Shown piece by piece: positions 1 to 12,808 of a stretch of 64,000 bases of DNA. The stretch is from positions 167,414,095 to 167,478,094 of the forward strand of contig NC_068982.1 in NCBI RefSeq assembly GCF_001194135.2. Reading direction: 5' to 3'. Position numbers and translations under genes: made by a program. Source of the stretch: Octopus bimaculoides (Eukaryota). The notes beneath the pieces were generated by a model. It saw only the letters and a list, made by a program, of their open reading frames with translations. It did not search any database and was not told the DNA's origin. The stretch's first letter is position 1. Every line of letters begins with the position of its first letter.

Positions 1-100
1 GTAAGTGTTTTCTACTATAGCCTCAGGTTGATCAAAGCCTTGTGAGTGGATTTGGCAGATGGAGACTTAAAGAATCTTGTTATATATATATATGTAAAAA
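1..100 (+). mobile_element. SINE family B 3' part (CTTGGGCAAG..TTCTACTATAGCC...GTGAGTGGATTTGG)
   Basis: Same block on the minus strand at about 14170-14300, 15720-15880, 36540-36650 and 38960-39110, and on the plus strand at about 44640-44790. Confidence 0.65.
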
Positions 101-859
101 TATATATATATATATATATATATATCTGTGTTTTTTGTCTGTGTTTGCCCCTGCCTCCCATGTTTTACAACCGGTGCTGGTGTGTTTACATCCCTGTAAC
201 TTAGCGGTTTGGCAAAAGAGACTGATAGAATAAGTACCAGGCTTCAAAAAATAAATATTGGGGTTGATTCATTGAACTAAAAATTCTTCAAGGTGGCACC
301 CTGAAGATAAAAGATATATATATATATATTGCTGCTACTTGTTTTATTGACTGCAGAGTATTGAAAAGAAAAGTTGAGGAATCCCATGTGTTATGGGGGT
401 AATGTGTTCCTGCAAATCTTGTATCATGAAATTAATTTCTCTATTGATTTTTATGTTACAAAGTGATAATGTGTTCCAATGGATTTTTTTGAATAAGAAA
501 TAAAAAAAGAAAACAAAACAAAACAAAAAAAAAACAAGCAAAAAAAAAAACCCCAAAAAACTTCATGATCACTTTTATGCATGAAAATAAATTTCTAAAT
601 GTATAAAGTACTATATTTATTCATAAAAACATTTGAAGAGAAATACTTTGGGGAAAAATAAGAACCATAATATTGTAATAGACTACACTCTTACCACAAA
701 AGAGGTTGATTATTATGTGAAGGATGGTGATAGTAGAATGAGAATTATACAAGGATGAAGGACACTAAAATCTATCTTATAGTTCATCATCACCATCTAC
801 TTGATGTGCAGAGAACTTCATGTGCAGAATTGTTTGATGTTTATGATATCATCTATTTG

Positions 860-1750
860 TTCAGCTCAGTGTAGGAACTGAGCTCATTGTAAACTCCTCT
901 TCTAATTTTCATGTAGCATTCATGATTAGTGTTGTTGTCAGCAAAAGCTTCCAGACTTTCCTCTCTAAGTGCCAAACCTTTACCAATATTCTTAGCAGTT
1001 CACTTAAGTGGAATTGAAGAAAATCTCCATATTTTTATCTGCTCTCTCAGTTTGCTCTTGTTCTCACAACATCAGCTTCTCATTAGATATACTCTTTCTG
1101 TGGGTCACTAGCAGCTCAACTATGTAATCCTCTATGACTTCTTTAGACATTATATCATTTTCAAATGTCCCAATCTTTCTGAATTTACATAGACTTTCTG
1201 TTTGTGGAAAACCTGTAAAATCATGGATACTGCCTGACCATATATTTTTCCAAACATCATTCATAACTGATGGTTTCACTTGATTCTATGACTCAGCTAT
1301 GTGATTCACAGCATCCATTATGTTGAACTTCTCCCAGAAGTCTCATACTATAGGTTACATTAGAAATTTTACTTTCTTTTTTCTGTAAATCATCCTACAA
1401 ACTTTTTTTTTTAGTTATGAATGTGCTTATTATCTCAAGTTAGATTCTCAATTCACACGACCAAGAGCTGTCCCATTTTAAGCATTACATCAGATCTATG
1501 GAAAAAATAAGGTCTGGCATGTTAATGAAATTACTTCTTGAGCACTGGACTTAATTTTCTCTCTATTGTTACATGTTGTTCTCACAGCAGACATTGCAGA
1601 CTTTAATGTTTTGGCAATGTGGTTGATGACTTTTTTTCTAGCATCAAACCTCTGTAAAACATCAAGATTGATAATCCAGTGTAATCTTTTTACAGCTCCT
1701 TTTTGCACTACTCCTTTCAGCCCCCTTTGATGGCTTCTCTCCAAATATTT
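860..1750 (-). mobile_element. Tigger/pogo (Tc1-mariner superfamily) DNA transposon remnant, internally deleted
   Basis: Minus-strand translation gives a CENP-B-type N-terminal HTH (NLDVLQRFDARKKVINHIAKTLKSAMSAVRTTCNNREKIKSSAQ), joined to C-terminal motifs (FWEKFNIMDAVNHIAES, KPSVMNDVWKNIW, FTGF, DNNTNHECYMKIRRGV). Stops and frameshifts present; DDE core absent. Confidence 0.75.
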
Positions 1751-4700
1751 TCCACTATAGGTACATCCAGTGGTGTACAGTGGTGGCAGTCAACAATTAT
1801 TCACTCCAAATATGTGATAAAAATTGTTCCAGGAAAAAACTGTTTCAAAAGAGCAAAAACTTTCTTCTTCCTATGACTCAGAAAATGGAAATGAGATGAA
1901 AGGGTAAAGGGGTGGGGTGGTAGAAAGTACTCTATGGTTACAGTTTATTAAGAGGTTACCAGATTGATGGGAACTTCTTTGCATCTCTGTCTTAAGCCTT
2001 TAAAACTCTACATTCTTCTCACACATACATACACCCACCTCATTTTGTTGACATACAACATATGTTACTACAGACATTGCTTCATGCTGATACTACTATT
2101 GTCGTTAGTAGTTGGTTATTCAAAAGTTGGTGGGTAGTTAGTGGTAATAGTATTCACTATATCGGACAGTGATGGTTGGTGGTTGTTATATTATTCTTGT
2201 TAATTGTATTGTTGTTGCTGCTTAGTTTTAAGTCAATCATCATTTACCTAAGATCAAAGATATTTCATTCAACTTTTAAAATAATGTAGGGTTTGACATT
2301 CATATTGTTTCTGCTGTTGTTGGACATTAAGGGGTTGGTGAGTTGATAATGATGGTGGTTGTATTGGTTTTGGTGTTGATGATATATAGTGGTAATAGTA
2401 AAGGGTGATTGAGATAGAGAATTAGGTAAGTAGTTAAGTAGATGCACATTGTTACCCAAGAAATTACACACAAATATTCACAATGAAAAATTCTACCTCA
2501 CACTCCATAAGTGCTTATAGGGATGCATACAGAAACATTAGTGCACATGCATCATGGTAATAAATTTTTAAATTGTTAGCTACTTTGATTTTATTTAAAG
2601 CACCAAGAAGCAACTTGTAGGCTAAGAAGAAAGTGTAATTTTTAAATTCTCAAAATCTGAATTCATATAATGGCGAAATTACAGACCATATTGCAAAATT
2701 AGCAGCCATACTTTACAGTTTCACTTAGTGCAACATCCTGTTAACTGAGATTGTAATGTGGGGATGCCTATATACATGTGTGTGTGTGTAAGCATGGGAA
2801 AGTGGATGTTAAAATGATTTCACACATACACACACACATTTTTTTACACACATGTACAAAATATCAAATGTTGAATCTGCTTGGGGTTTCACCCTGGGCA
2901 ACTGAATGATGCCACCAACTTTTAATATAACAAAGATATCTGTTCACTCCACCCACTGTATTGAGTTATATATCAGATAATGTTTGAACAATGTAAATTA
3001 TATTTTTTAGATATATTTTACAACTATTGATATATTACACTTGAATATAATAAAGTAAGGTATATAAAATGATTGTATAGTATGCTAGATTAAATTCTTT
3101 AGAGCATTGTTTTATCCTGCTTGAATGTTGTGTGTTTAAATTAAGCTGGATTAGATTTTTACCCTTCATATTTTTGTAAAAGAAACAACTAAAGGCACCC
3201 ACTAAAAAATACCCTGATTATTAGTTAAATATATATATGGGCATTCAGCCTACTGGAAACACTTATCAAATCTCAAATTACCCTTTACCATTGTAAAAAC
3301 AGAAGGACACAATGTTGTCCCATAAACACTATTTCTAAGGAAAAGGTTGGGTTGATTACAGCTCTGATCAGCCAGAGGTAACTACCTAGGGCTAAACAAC
3401 AACTACTCGTAAACCAGCCTGCCTGAGACTGTCTCTGATCCTATCCTAGAAACTTTCTGTTTTAAAGTTTTAAAACTTTCCATCAAGATTTCAAGTTAAT
3501 TTAAGTTTAACTGGTTCCATACACCAGCTTAATAATGACAAAATTATTTATCAAATTCTTCATTATTTTCAAAATTAATTGCAACAGAGGAAGTGTATTT
3601 CGACTGAAATAGGATAATGTAAGGTTTAAACCAATCAGTTTTAACCTCTCTTCTACAATTTTCAGTTGTACTTGGCTGAAACTAATCAGTATTTAAGAAT
3701 TTTATTCAATTCTGTTTGTAGTGAATTCCTAAAATGAAGCTTGTTATTGAAAGATCAAACCTTTAGAATTTCAGCTGTAGATAAGTTTGTATGCTACAGG
3801 GATATGTGACTCCTGAAATTTTGGGCCAAAACTTTCATCAAAGAGAAACTTTACCTCTCAGATGCTGGGTATAGCTTGAAACACTCTTGAAACACTCTTG
3901 AAACTATTCTCTTCAGTCATAGCATATGAACTTACCCAAAATAATTTTTACTTCTGCAGATTATCATTAATTTCTTCAGACTCTAGTTTTTTACTGGGTC
4001 ATAATTCTTTATAGTTGATTCTTATTGCATATTACATATGTCCTGTGAGTGTCAGGAACCTCAGATTCGTTGCTGCTATCGTTGAGACAGTAAGTTTCTA
4101 AACTCTGTAGGAGCAAGCTGCTAGGGATCTAAAACAATTGTGATCAAAGATTTCACTTAAAACTACAACTTTCTCTCACAAATATTGAGAAATACATTGA
4201 TTTTAATTTATGATTGATTTATTTGATTCCAATATATGATGTAGTGATTCATATTTTATTTCTCAAATCCTCAAAGAGGGTACTGAATTGATATTGTAAA
4301 GAAGTGCTTTCTTCTTTTTTTTTTTCATATTATTTATTGACATTTATCTTATCTCATGGCTCACACCTAAATAATTCTTTATCATTCAATTTTTTTTTTC
4401 TAAAACTTAAATGAAGTTTTTTAAATTTATCACTATTTTAAAATGAAATTCTAAATTGGTTAGTGTTTGACATATTCTTGCCAAAAAATAACAAAACAAC
4501 AAAAAACCCCTGCAAATTATAAAATCTCTATTCCAAGTCTTTTTCCCCGTTTTGTCTCTCCTATTTTCCTGTGATTAATGGCTGGTTGTATATCAAACAA
4601 TTTTTTTTTCTTCCTTTGTAAACCCACCCCTTCCTGTGTTCTTATTACAGTTTTTGATATTTAAAAAGATCCAGATTGCCACACGTCTTTTTTAAAATTT

Positions 4701-5229
4701 TTATTCCAATTTCCTCTATTATAGTTGAAATGGCAGATTTCAATGATTGGTTCTGGCATTTTGTATGCTTCAGCAGTTAAAAATCGTGTTGCAAAGGATG
4801 TGCATGGTCTAACATAAGTAAAAAAAAAAAATAGCACAATCAACAATACAATCTGATCAACACATTATCATTTTTTTTTACCAATAATCATACTCATCAG
4901 CATCCTAATATTGATTCAGGTTTGGCATAGTTAAATGGATTTGATCTTGATTGTAGCTATTAAAGCCACCATTAACAACTTAGAGTTAGTGTACATTGGC
5001 ACAAAAATGGTCTTTTTCCGATAGCTAAAATTCCAAATTGGAAAAAACCATATGACAAATGTACAGTCAAATGACAGAACAGTTGCTGACTACTGCTAAC
5101 TTTTGGGTCAATGTTATTTGGTTATCAGAGACCCAAATATTAAACTTTGTTTCTGACAGGCTGACAAGGCTCAGAGAGTGGGTCATATTTTAATAGAATT
5201 GAGTCTTCTATTTGTACAAATATAGAGCT

Positions 5230-5410
5230 ATATAAAGGAGTGCCAAATGCTAAATGTGATGGAACTTGTGGAAGAGGAAAGCCTAAGAAGACATGGGATG
5301 AAGTAATGAAGACTGATCTCAAGATGTTGAACCTCATGTAGGAGATGATGAGGAGATGACAAAGGACAGAGATGATTGGCAGTTTACTGTGCTTGAGAAC
5401 CTGTCTTGAT
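5230..5410 (+). mobile_element. RTE-clade LINE 3' fragment
   Basis: Translates with one frameshift to GTCGRGKPKKTWDEVMKTDLKMLNL...MTKDRDDWQFTVLE, the typical RTE ORF C-terminus (GRPxKTW...DRxxW). Confidence 0.7.
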
Positions 5411-6229
5411 GAAAGAGAGATCCTAAAAGCATTATGTTTATGTCTGTACACTCACTGGGCCCTTCCTCTGTGCTCAGTCTGTCCATGTCAAGCCTTCTCC
5501 AACTCTTATCTTTTTAACATGCATCCTCTCTCTCTGCTAACTATGGCATTAATCAGCTACCATAATCACAGCAAACAGAATCTGTACAGATTTCATCCCT
5601 CTTTGTGCTACCAGTCATTTGTCTCTGTGTCTGGCTATATTTTAGGTACAAAAGGAACGCTTAAAAAACTATATTATTCACCATCTCTTCCTGATGTTTT
5701 TTTTTTTATTTACAAAAGAGTGAAGGTATTTGAATGTCTAGACAAATTAAATTTGAAAGAAAGAAAAGTTCATATTTGTCGATCATATAACTGTTGTATA
5801 CAAAATAAAGGAATGGGAAGGGAGGAGATTTGGAGAGGAAAAGAGGTAAAGGAGAAGCAAAAAGAAAAAAAAAAAAAAGAATCAGTGTAACTCTGCAAAT
5901 GATAAAAAGTTTTAGGGAATATGTACAAATCAGTGAAAATAAAGACATGCACAAGTGTACAAATGTAAAAGCAAAAGGTGAATGTGACAAAAGGAAGAAA
6001 AATGAAATTTTTAAAAATTGAGTACAAAGCGAAAGAAAAGGGGTTTTAAATATTTAATAAGAAATGAGAATTAAAATGTGCGTTAAGAGTTTAGGTGAAC
6101 CAGGTAAAGGGAACAAAAGAAAATTAATACTATAAAAATGAAATACTCATTACGATGTCAAAATAAAGCTGTAAAAGATCCAATTGTTTCAGGAGAGATT
6201 GGATGGTTTAACCATTTGGGTGTAATAAT

Positions 6230-6620
6230 TACTATGTAAGTATTTAGAAGCATGTCTGTGAGAACTTGAAAGTTTGGATGTTTGTTTAATACCTGTAGGT
6301 CTTGAAATAAAGTGATGAGCTCACTTAAACACAGTCTGCAGAACAAATTCAAGTGGAAGGACCCTTGTATATAGAACACTATTTGCTTTAAAATACTCCA
6401 GTTAATTTTAAGTGCGATCAGTTTAGATGTTTTCTCTAAACCAAATATAATCAGCCAACCTGTTGAAAATCTTTTCTCTGGATGCTTGAAAGAATTGATG
6501 TAATGATAAAATTGCATCATAGATTTGTTTTTAGTTAATCTTGTCTCAGATTTTAATGCCATACTACTGTTTGGTTGCACCATAAATTAAGGCTCTTGAA
6601 AATTAATTATCACTGTGATG
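6230..6620 (-). mobile_element. Penelope-like element, GIY-YIG endonuclease C-terminal remnant
   Basis: ORF 6158..6583 contains HYINSFKHPEKRFST...KINWSILK...CRLCLSE...LNK, matching the PLE endonuclease pattern H..SF+H..K+..T.LS..IW.LK...I.W.IL...C.LCL.E...LNK. Confidence 0.65.
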
Positions 6621-7448
6621 AAAATCACCCTAAGCAATACAACCACAAGTAGGAGGAGAAAGAGAATCAGTGATGAAGGGAACCTTTTTAAATTGAAATG
6701 GTCACCTAGGTAAAGGAATTAACCTAGAATCCCCACTCAGCAATACTTGTTCTCACATTTAAATTAAGAGTCAGTCAGTGTTGAATGTAATTTGCAATAT
6801 TATATCTATCAAAAACTTTTCTTTTTGTAGAACCTATTGTTTTTAAGAACCAAAACCCTGAAAAAATTAAGCAATAAAATATTATACATTTCTTAGTAAT
6901 CAGTGATTATAATTTTGAGATTCCTCGGTTCAGTAGTTTCTGAAGTACCAAAGCAGACATTCATTCAGTCAAACTGAATAGAATCCAGAGGCGCCTAGAT
7001 TTTTGTTGGTTGGATATGTTGGGTGGTAGAGAATGAGGATAACAGTGGTGCACAATAAGACTAATTAAGAATATCTAAAAGTAGTTCTGTAAATTAGAGT
7101 TCTAGAACTCTACCTAAGAATTCTTTCTATAGTTTAGAATTGTAGTTAAATTAGCTCTTTGTTAGAAAGTTGGATATAAAGACTAAAAAATACTATGTTT
7201 AGTAGCAATGGTTATTTACATTCAGGTATGTGCTATTGAAGTTTTCGTACATGCTATGGAAGCATTGAATCAGACTATTTATTGAGAACAAAATACATGG
7301 ATGTCCACATAAGTTTACAATTTTTAAAAACATATTGTGTTTGTGTAATCAACCAAACATTGATACTTACTAAAACTTTCATCATTGATGCAGATTCTTG
7401 CTTGAATAATGTATCCGGAAGTAGTGTTTTCCCCTCTTTGTTCTGAGT

Positions 7449-7492
<44 letters not shown>

Positions 7493-7914
7493 CTAAATAA
7501 ACATTCATTTTTGAGCTAATGAACCAATACAGGAAGTACGGTGATGGATTCCTAACATACCGGATCCAGGAAGTCCATTATTTCACAATCTCATACTGCT
7601 GTTTATCAAGAGTGGTTAGCATTAAATGAAACAATGTAGTGGCGAGCTTCCAAAACTGAGAGGCTGTAACTTGCTGACAGGTGAGCAAGCAGCTCCATGA
7701 GATCGATGGAGTGTGACCTTGTGATGTCAGTTAAGTCAAATTAGTAAGCTGTGTGATTTTTTTTTTTGCAGGTGAAAGAAATATAATGTTAATGCTTGTT
7801 TCTCATTTGTGGGGCGGGTCCTGATGTCAGTGTTTAAGGGGACATTTTGTGTTTTACTGGTTTCAGAATGCAGTTAATGTGGAAAAATTTACCCTTCCCT
7901 CCATTCATCCTTCA

Positions 7915-8098
7915 TTCATCATCATCATCATCATCATCGTTTAACGTCTGCTTTCCATGCTAGCATGGGTTGGACGACTTGACTGAGGACTGGTGAAACC
8001 GGATGGCAACACCAGGCTCCAATCTAAATTTGGCAGAGTTTCTACAGCTGGATGCCCTTCCTAACGCCAACCACTCAGAGAGTGTAGTAGGTGCTTTT
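7915..8098 (-). mobile_element. RTE-tail retroposon copy ending in (GAT)n
   Basis: (CAT)n-CGTTTAACGTCTGCTTTCCATGCTAGCATGGGTTGG...GGATGCCCTTCCTAACGCCAACCAC. The same block recurs near 11850-12005, 23505, 24600-24750, 27550-27730 and 37950. Confidence 0.75.
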
Positions 8099-8575
8099 GG
8101 AACTTCTGATACTAGCTTTATTATTACCAAATTCTTCATTGTTTTTGTCCCCCTTTTAAGATGTTATTGAATTTTTTTCCCCCTTTTTCTTTCTCTTTTT
8201 TTTTTTTTTGTAACATGGAGGAGAAATAGCAGCATTCCTCATTATTTTAGGACCTCTGAAGGTCTTGGAAAAGGAAGAAGAGTCCTCTGTTTATAGTGGC
8301 TTCTTCCTCCAGGAGGCAGTAGTACATCAATGTGTATTGATTTACACTCAGCTAAATGCTTGTATCATAGTGGATTCCATTAAAGCCACCCAAGGGTCAG
8401 GTGGCAGTCTTGAACTGATCAATGGGTCAGGACCACCATCCAAGAACATGGATAATCCAGTAGCCTTCTGCACAGTTTTTACCTACTAAATTTCACTCAC
8501 AAGGTCAAGTTAATGGTAGTAGACATTTGCACTAGGTGACATGTAGAGATTGAGTCTTAAACCAAGTTATTTTAA

Positions 8576-8749
8576 CCTTTTAGCATTTAAACTGGCCTGA
8601 TCTGGCCTCTTACACCTACCTTACATCATCATTCTAATAATAAGCAATCACAAGATTGAAATCTTGAAGCTATGAGATTATGAATGATTTAATTCAAATC
8701 AATATTGATAAATAACACATTACATTTGAGTAATATGAATGCTAGAGAG
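8576..8749. mobile_element. piggyBac-like MITE, copy 1
   Basis: TTAA|CCTTTTAGCATT ... AATGCTAGAGAG|TTAA: imperfect TIRs with TTAA flanks at 8572-8575 and 8750-8753. Confidence 0.65.
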
Positions 8750-10089
8750 TTAAAAATAATTTTCTAAACACAGCCATGCTTGCATTTTTATTGTAGTGAC
8801 TATGTAGAACATCCATTATCCCTAAACATTATGCTGGGATGCATACCACCTGAGAATATAACAACTCTTATATTCTGACTAAATTCACCTTTCTTGCTTC
8901 TGTTGTGGAACTTATAAAAACTTCTTAAGGCACACAAGAATAGCCTGAACTGTTGAGAAAATGCAACATGCCAAGAATTCATACTGCACTCCATACACTG
9001 AACAATTGCCTGTGGAAAGAACTGTGATTCTCAACTAAACGGAGGCATGCCATATGGAGTGCTATATTTGTGGACCATACCCAAGTTATTTAATTGCTTC
9101 CTTTGTACCTTAAATCGCTTTGATCATAACTGATTTGGGATATATAAGACCAATTATCACTGATTGCTGCTGCCTTTTTGTACAAGTGAGCTGAAGCTGC
9201 TGCTAATCTGTAAACATATTAATGCATATATCAAACTTTGCATTATTACTATTATATTTGTATTAAGATCATTTTAAAACCCTGTCTATGTGAAGCAGGA
9301 TCCTTTGTTGTAATAAAGCTAAAATACAAAATAAAAAAAAAATGTAATAAATTTTGACTAGGTACAACCATATACTTTTTCTTTTAAGAAGATTAGAAGC
9401 TATATTCTTTTGATTATTGACTATTACTGGTACTTATTTTATCATTTTGCGTAGATATGAAATCATGAAGTTGTATTCTGGAAGATATTTTATTTCATAG
9501 AGTTAAAGAATAAAATGAGATATTGCAAAACATTTACTTAATCTGTTTATTAGTTGTCATAGCCTACCACAATACAAACAGCTAGAAAGAAAAGCTGTAC
9601 AAGTCAAATTATTAACATGGAAGGTATAAGTATCTTAATTATATTTGGGAGGATATATTCAGGAAACATTGATATAAACAGTGCTTGCTTTAAATAACCT
9701 TGAGTTAAAACGCTTCCGCTGAATTTAATTAAAACAATAAATGTTTCACAACAAAAAATAAATCTCTCTGATGTCTGTTCACACATGAGAGAAAATATTT
9801 TGGGATTCAAAATTCGCTGTTGCAAAATTAAAATGTAATATTGATGGAGAAAATTATTTGTTGTTAGTGTGCACCAATACAAATCATCATTAAATTTTCT
9901 TTTGATGTGTATTATTATTATTATTTTTTAATATGAGCGTGCCTGCTCTCACTTTGCACAGCAACAGTTGTTACCATTATTGACGATGAATGATGATAAT
10001 TAGAAAAAAAAAAAAAAGAAGATAGAAATATGTACTGAAACACACACACACATATATATGTGAATTTAATTGAACAAAATAGTCAGATG

Positions 10090-11090
10090 ATATAAAAATT
10101 TTTAAAAGTTTCCATGTTCTCCCTATATCTGTAGCATTCTAAGTAGTTCTTGACAGAGCTATTTAGCACAAATAGATCAGATGAAAAGGACAGGCCTATT
10201 TTATTCAATGATTGGCATTGAGATTTATTGACCGTTATTGCTAAAGCGATTTGAACTGGAAGGTGTAATTGTATAGAGGTGAATGGCAGTGGGATGTCAG
10301 AAGGTTTCAGTTTATTTCCTGGCACAATGTCATGTTTTCCAAGATGTTCACTTTCTGTAACAATGTCTCCTTCAAATCTGTGCTTATGTAAATAGATTAT
10401 TTGAATTCTTGTTCAGGTGAAAAGCTCATTAACCTTATTTAAATTTTGCAGTTTCATTACAGCATTCTCCCTTTTCAAGGTTAAAGTTGTATGAAGATGA
10501 GGCAAGGTTACAGCTTTTAGGAACAGGATAATTGTACAGGTTATATCCATCAGTGGCTGTTTCTCTATCAATTAGTAATTTCTTCATTTATTGAATGGAA
10601 AACAGCTTAAGGTTTTTTTTTTTGTAGAATTTAAGCCCATTGATGAAGGATTATGGAAGCCCATCATAGCTATATGTAGTGTCGCTTTGCATTTACCCTA
10701 TCAAGCCTTGATGACAATCTGCTCTTAGTTTCTGTAGATTCATTTAAAGTCATCAGAGCTATTCATCATCAACAATGTACTTACTGATAATCTTCTTCCA
10801 AACCAAAATGTTTCAAAATCATTGATCCATTGTCTCATTCTGTAAAAGTAATAGTCCATCAAAACCATTAAAAAAAATATTATTCACACCCATAAATATC
10901 ATGCCCTTTTGAGAATAAAGATCGAAGTGCCGTGGATCTTAATCTTGGTTTGGTTGACTAAATCACTGCAAACTTTGATCATATTTATGTAAAACAATGT
11001 CTTATCCACTGATGTTTCCTCCTGTTCCAGGTAGAACAGCTTACATTTTAAAAACAGTAGGAACATCAAAATTTTTCATAGAACATGATC
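10090..11090 (-). mobile_element. Helitron remnant (Rep fragment fused to Pif1-like helicase C-terminus)
   Basis: KLKPSDIPLPFTSIQLHLPVQIALAITVNKSQCQSLNKIGL resembles the Pif1 motif FP(V)RLAFAMTINKSQGQTL. Upstream reads VMKLQNLN...TRIQIIYL. Around 10700-11050 are DIVLHKYDQSLQ..DP and KYIVD...NLQKLRADCHQGL, both Helitron Rep N-terminal motifs. Many stops. Confidence 0.75.
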
Positions 11091-11699
11091 CAATAACTGA
11101 ATTGAAATGTTGCTAAGTGAGAGTATGCTTCAGTTAGATGCAGTGCTTTATTTTTTCATCTTTTTCAGTTGTATGTAATGTACCTTTTGTAATGTGTACA
11201 ATGTGGTTTAGGCTTTTTTATATGTTGTGTATACATGTAAGTCTTAGGATTTTGGTTATGAACTGGTTTGCATATTTGTTAATCATTTCTAGGGCACCTG
11301 TTATCATGGGATTCATTTCTGTCTTTATTTATTTATTTTTTAATAGCTGAAAACTGGTTATTTTAGCTTATGGTCAACATTGCAAATATCAAATTTGGTT
11401 TATATTAGCTTACAGTACTCATTGAAAACACTAGACACTAAGTTATTTTATCTTAAGATCCACGTTGAAAATACTAGTTGTTGTTTGATGATGTTTGATC
11501 AAGACAGCATATAGACATGTGACTGCTTCAGAAACCCAGTTACTGTAAGCTTCTAGTTTAAGGTAATGAATTACTGACTACACAGTCATATCTTCAAACC
11601 TTATTATTACAGCTGTCGTATTGTCCCTGGTTAAGTAATTTAAATGTGTTTCTTTTATGCTGTGCTTGAGAAGATCCATTAAACCAAGTGAAATCCTCA

Positions 11700-12008
11700 T
11701 CATGGCATGTAAAAAGCACCATTGGAATGTTGGGCCTCATGGAGGTCATGACTGGTGACTGAAACCTTTGGCGATATACTCAGCTTTGAGATTGTAGTTG
11801 TGGCCTGTGTTACATAACTGGCACCTGTGCTGGTGGCACATTAAAAGCACCCACTACACTCTTGGAGTGGTTGGCATTAGGAAGGGCATCCAGCCATAGA
11901 AATCATGCCAAACCAGACTGGAACCTGGTGCAGCTCTCCAGCTTACCAGTTTTTACTTCATCTGCCCAACCCATGCCAGCATGGAAAACAGACGTTAAAT
12001 GATGATGA
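11700..12008 (+). mobile_element. RTE-tail retroposon copy
   Basis: GGTTGGCATTAGGAAGGGCATCCAG...CCCATGCCAGCATGGAAAACAGACGTTAAATGATGATG. Confidence 0.7.
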
Positions 12009-12772
12009 TAACTTAGGAAGAGCATCTAGGTGTTAATAAAAGCTGTGATTTGTTAGCTGAATCAGTTGTGTTGAATGAAATACTGGGTGGTTTTTTGGTT
12101 ATATCCCTTTACATTCTAAGTTCAAATCTCAACTTGATCAACTTTGGCTGTGTTCCTTCCAAGACTCATTAATTAAGTACTGGACAAAGAACAGATGTCA
12201 GTGTGTCATCTAAACCTCTTGAAATTGGTTCTTCTGCATGGCTGCAGTCTAATGACTCACATCAGTAAAAGAAGAAAAAAGCGTAACACATAAAGTTGAA
12301 TATTAAAGAACATAAAAAGATATAAATTTGTTGGAAACTATGAACACATACACAAGCACTCCCTATTCCCCCTCACAAATACACCCCCACGCACAAACAC
12401 CCACCCACAAACACAAATGCACACGTCAATATGTCTACTTTTTACTGAAGTAATATATATCAGCATGTATTGTTGAACAGTGTTGGAACACACAGACACA
12501 TATATATCATATCTTGTCTACTTAAAGCAGCATTTTTTTTTATTAGTTTTTGCAATGTATTGTTAGAAGTTATTTATGCCATGATATCTTGTCTCCATCC
12601 AAACAACATGTTAATAATTATGCATGAAACAATACAAGTGTTGCATTACTGTGTGTGTATGTGAATTGGTAAATATTTATGCAGCAAACAGTATCATCTT
12701 TTTATCAGAAACAGCATATTGCTTGCTGCGATATATTCATGTACCAATACTTTGTCTTACCATACCAACAAT

Positions 12773-12808
<36 letters not shown>

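Noticed and set aside
1-6. Window begins with GTAAGT, a perfect splice donor
   Set aside because: It lies within SINE family B, where other copies read GCAAGTG(T/C)TTCTACTATAG, so it is probably a mutated repeat base.
5372-5890. 172-aa plus-strand ORF
   Set aside because: It starts in an RTE fragment, runs through low-complexity A-rich DNA and has no recognisable domain.
6270-6310. Kinase-like HPN motif (LNKHPNFQVL), and LSNPF near 41020
   Set aside because: Both are on the wrong strand for SLK with no other kinase subdomains. The first is better explained as part of the Penelope-like element.
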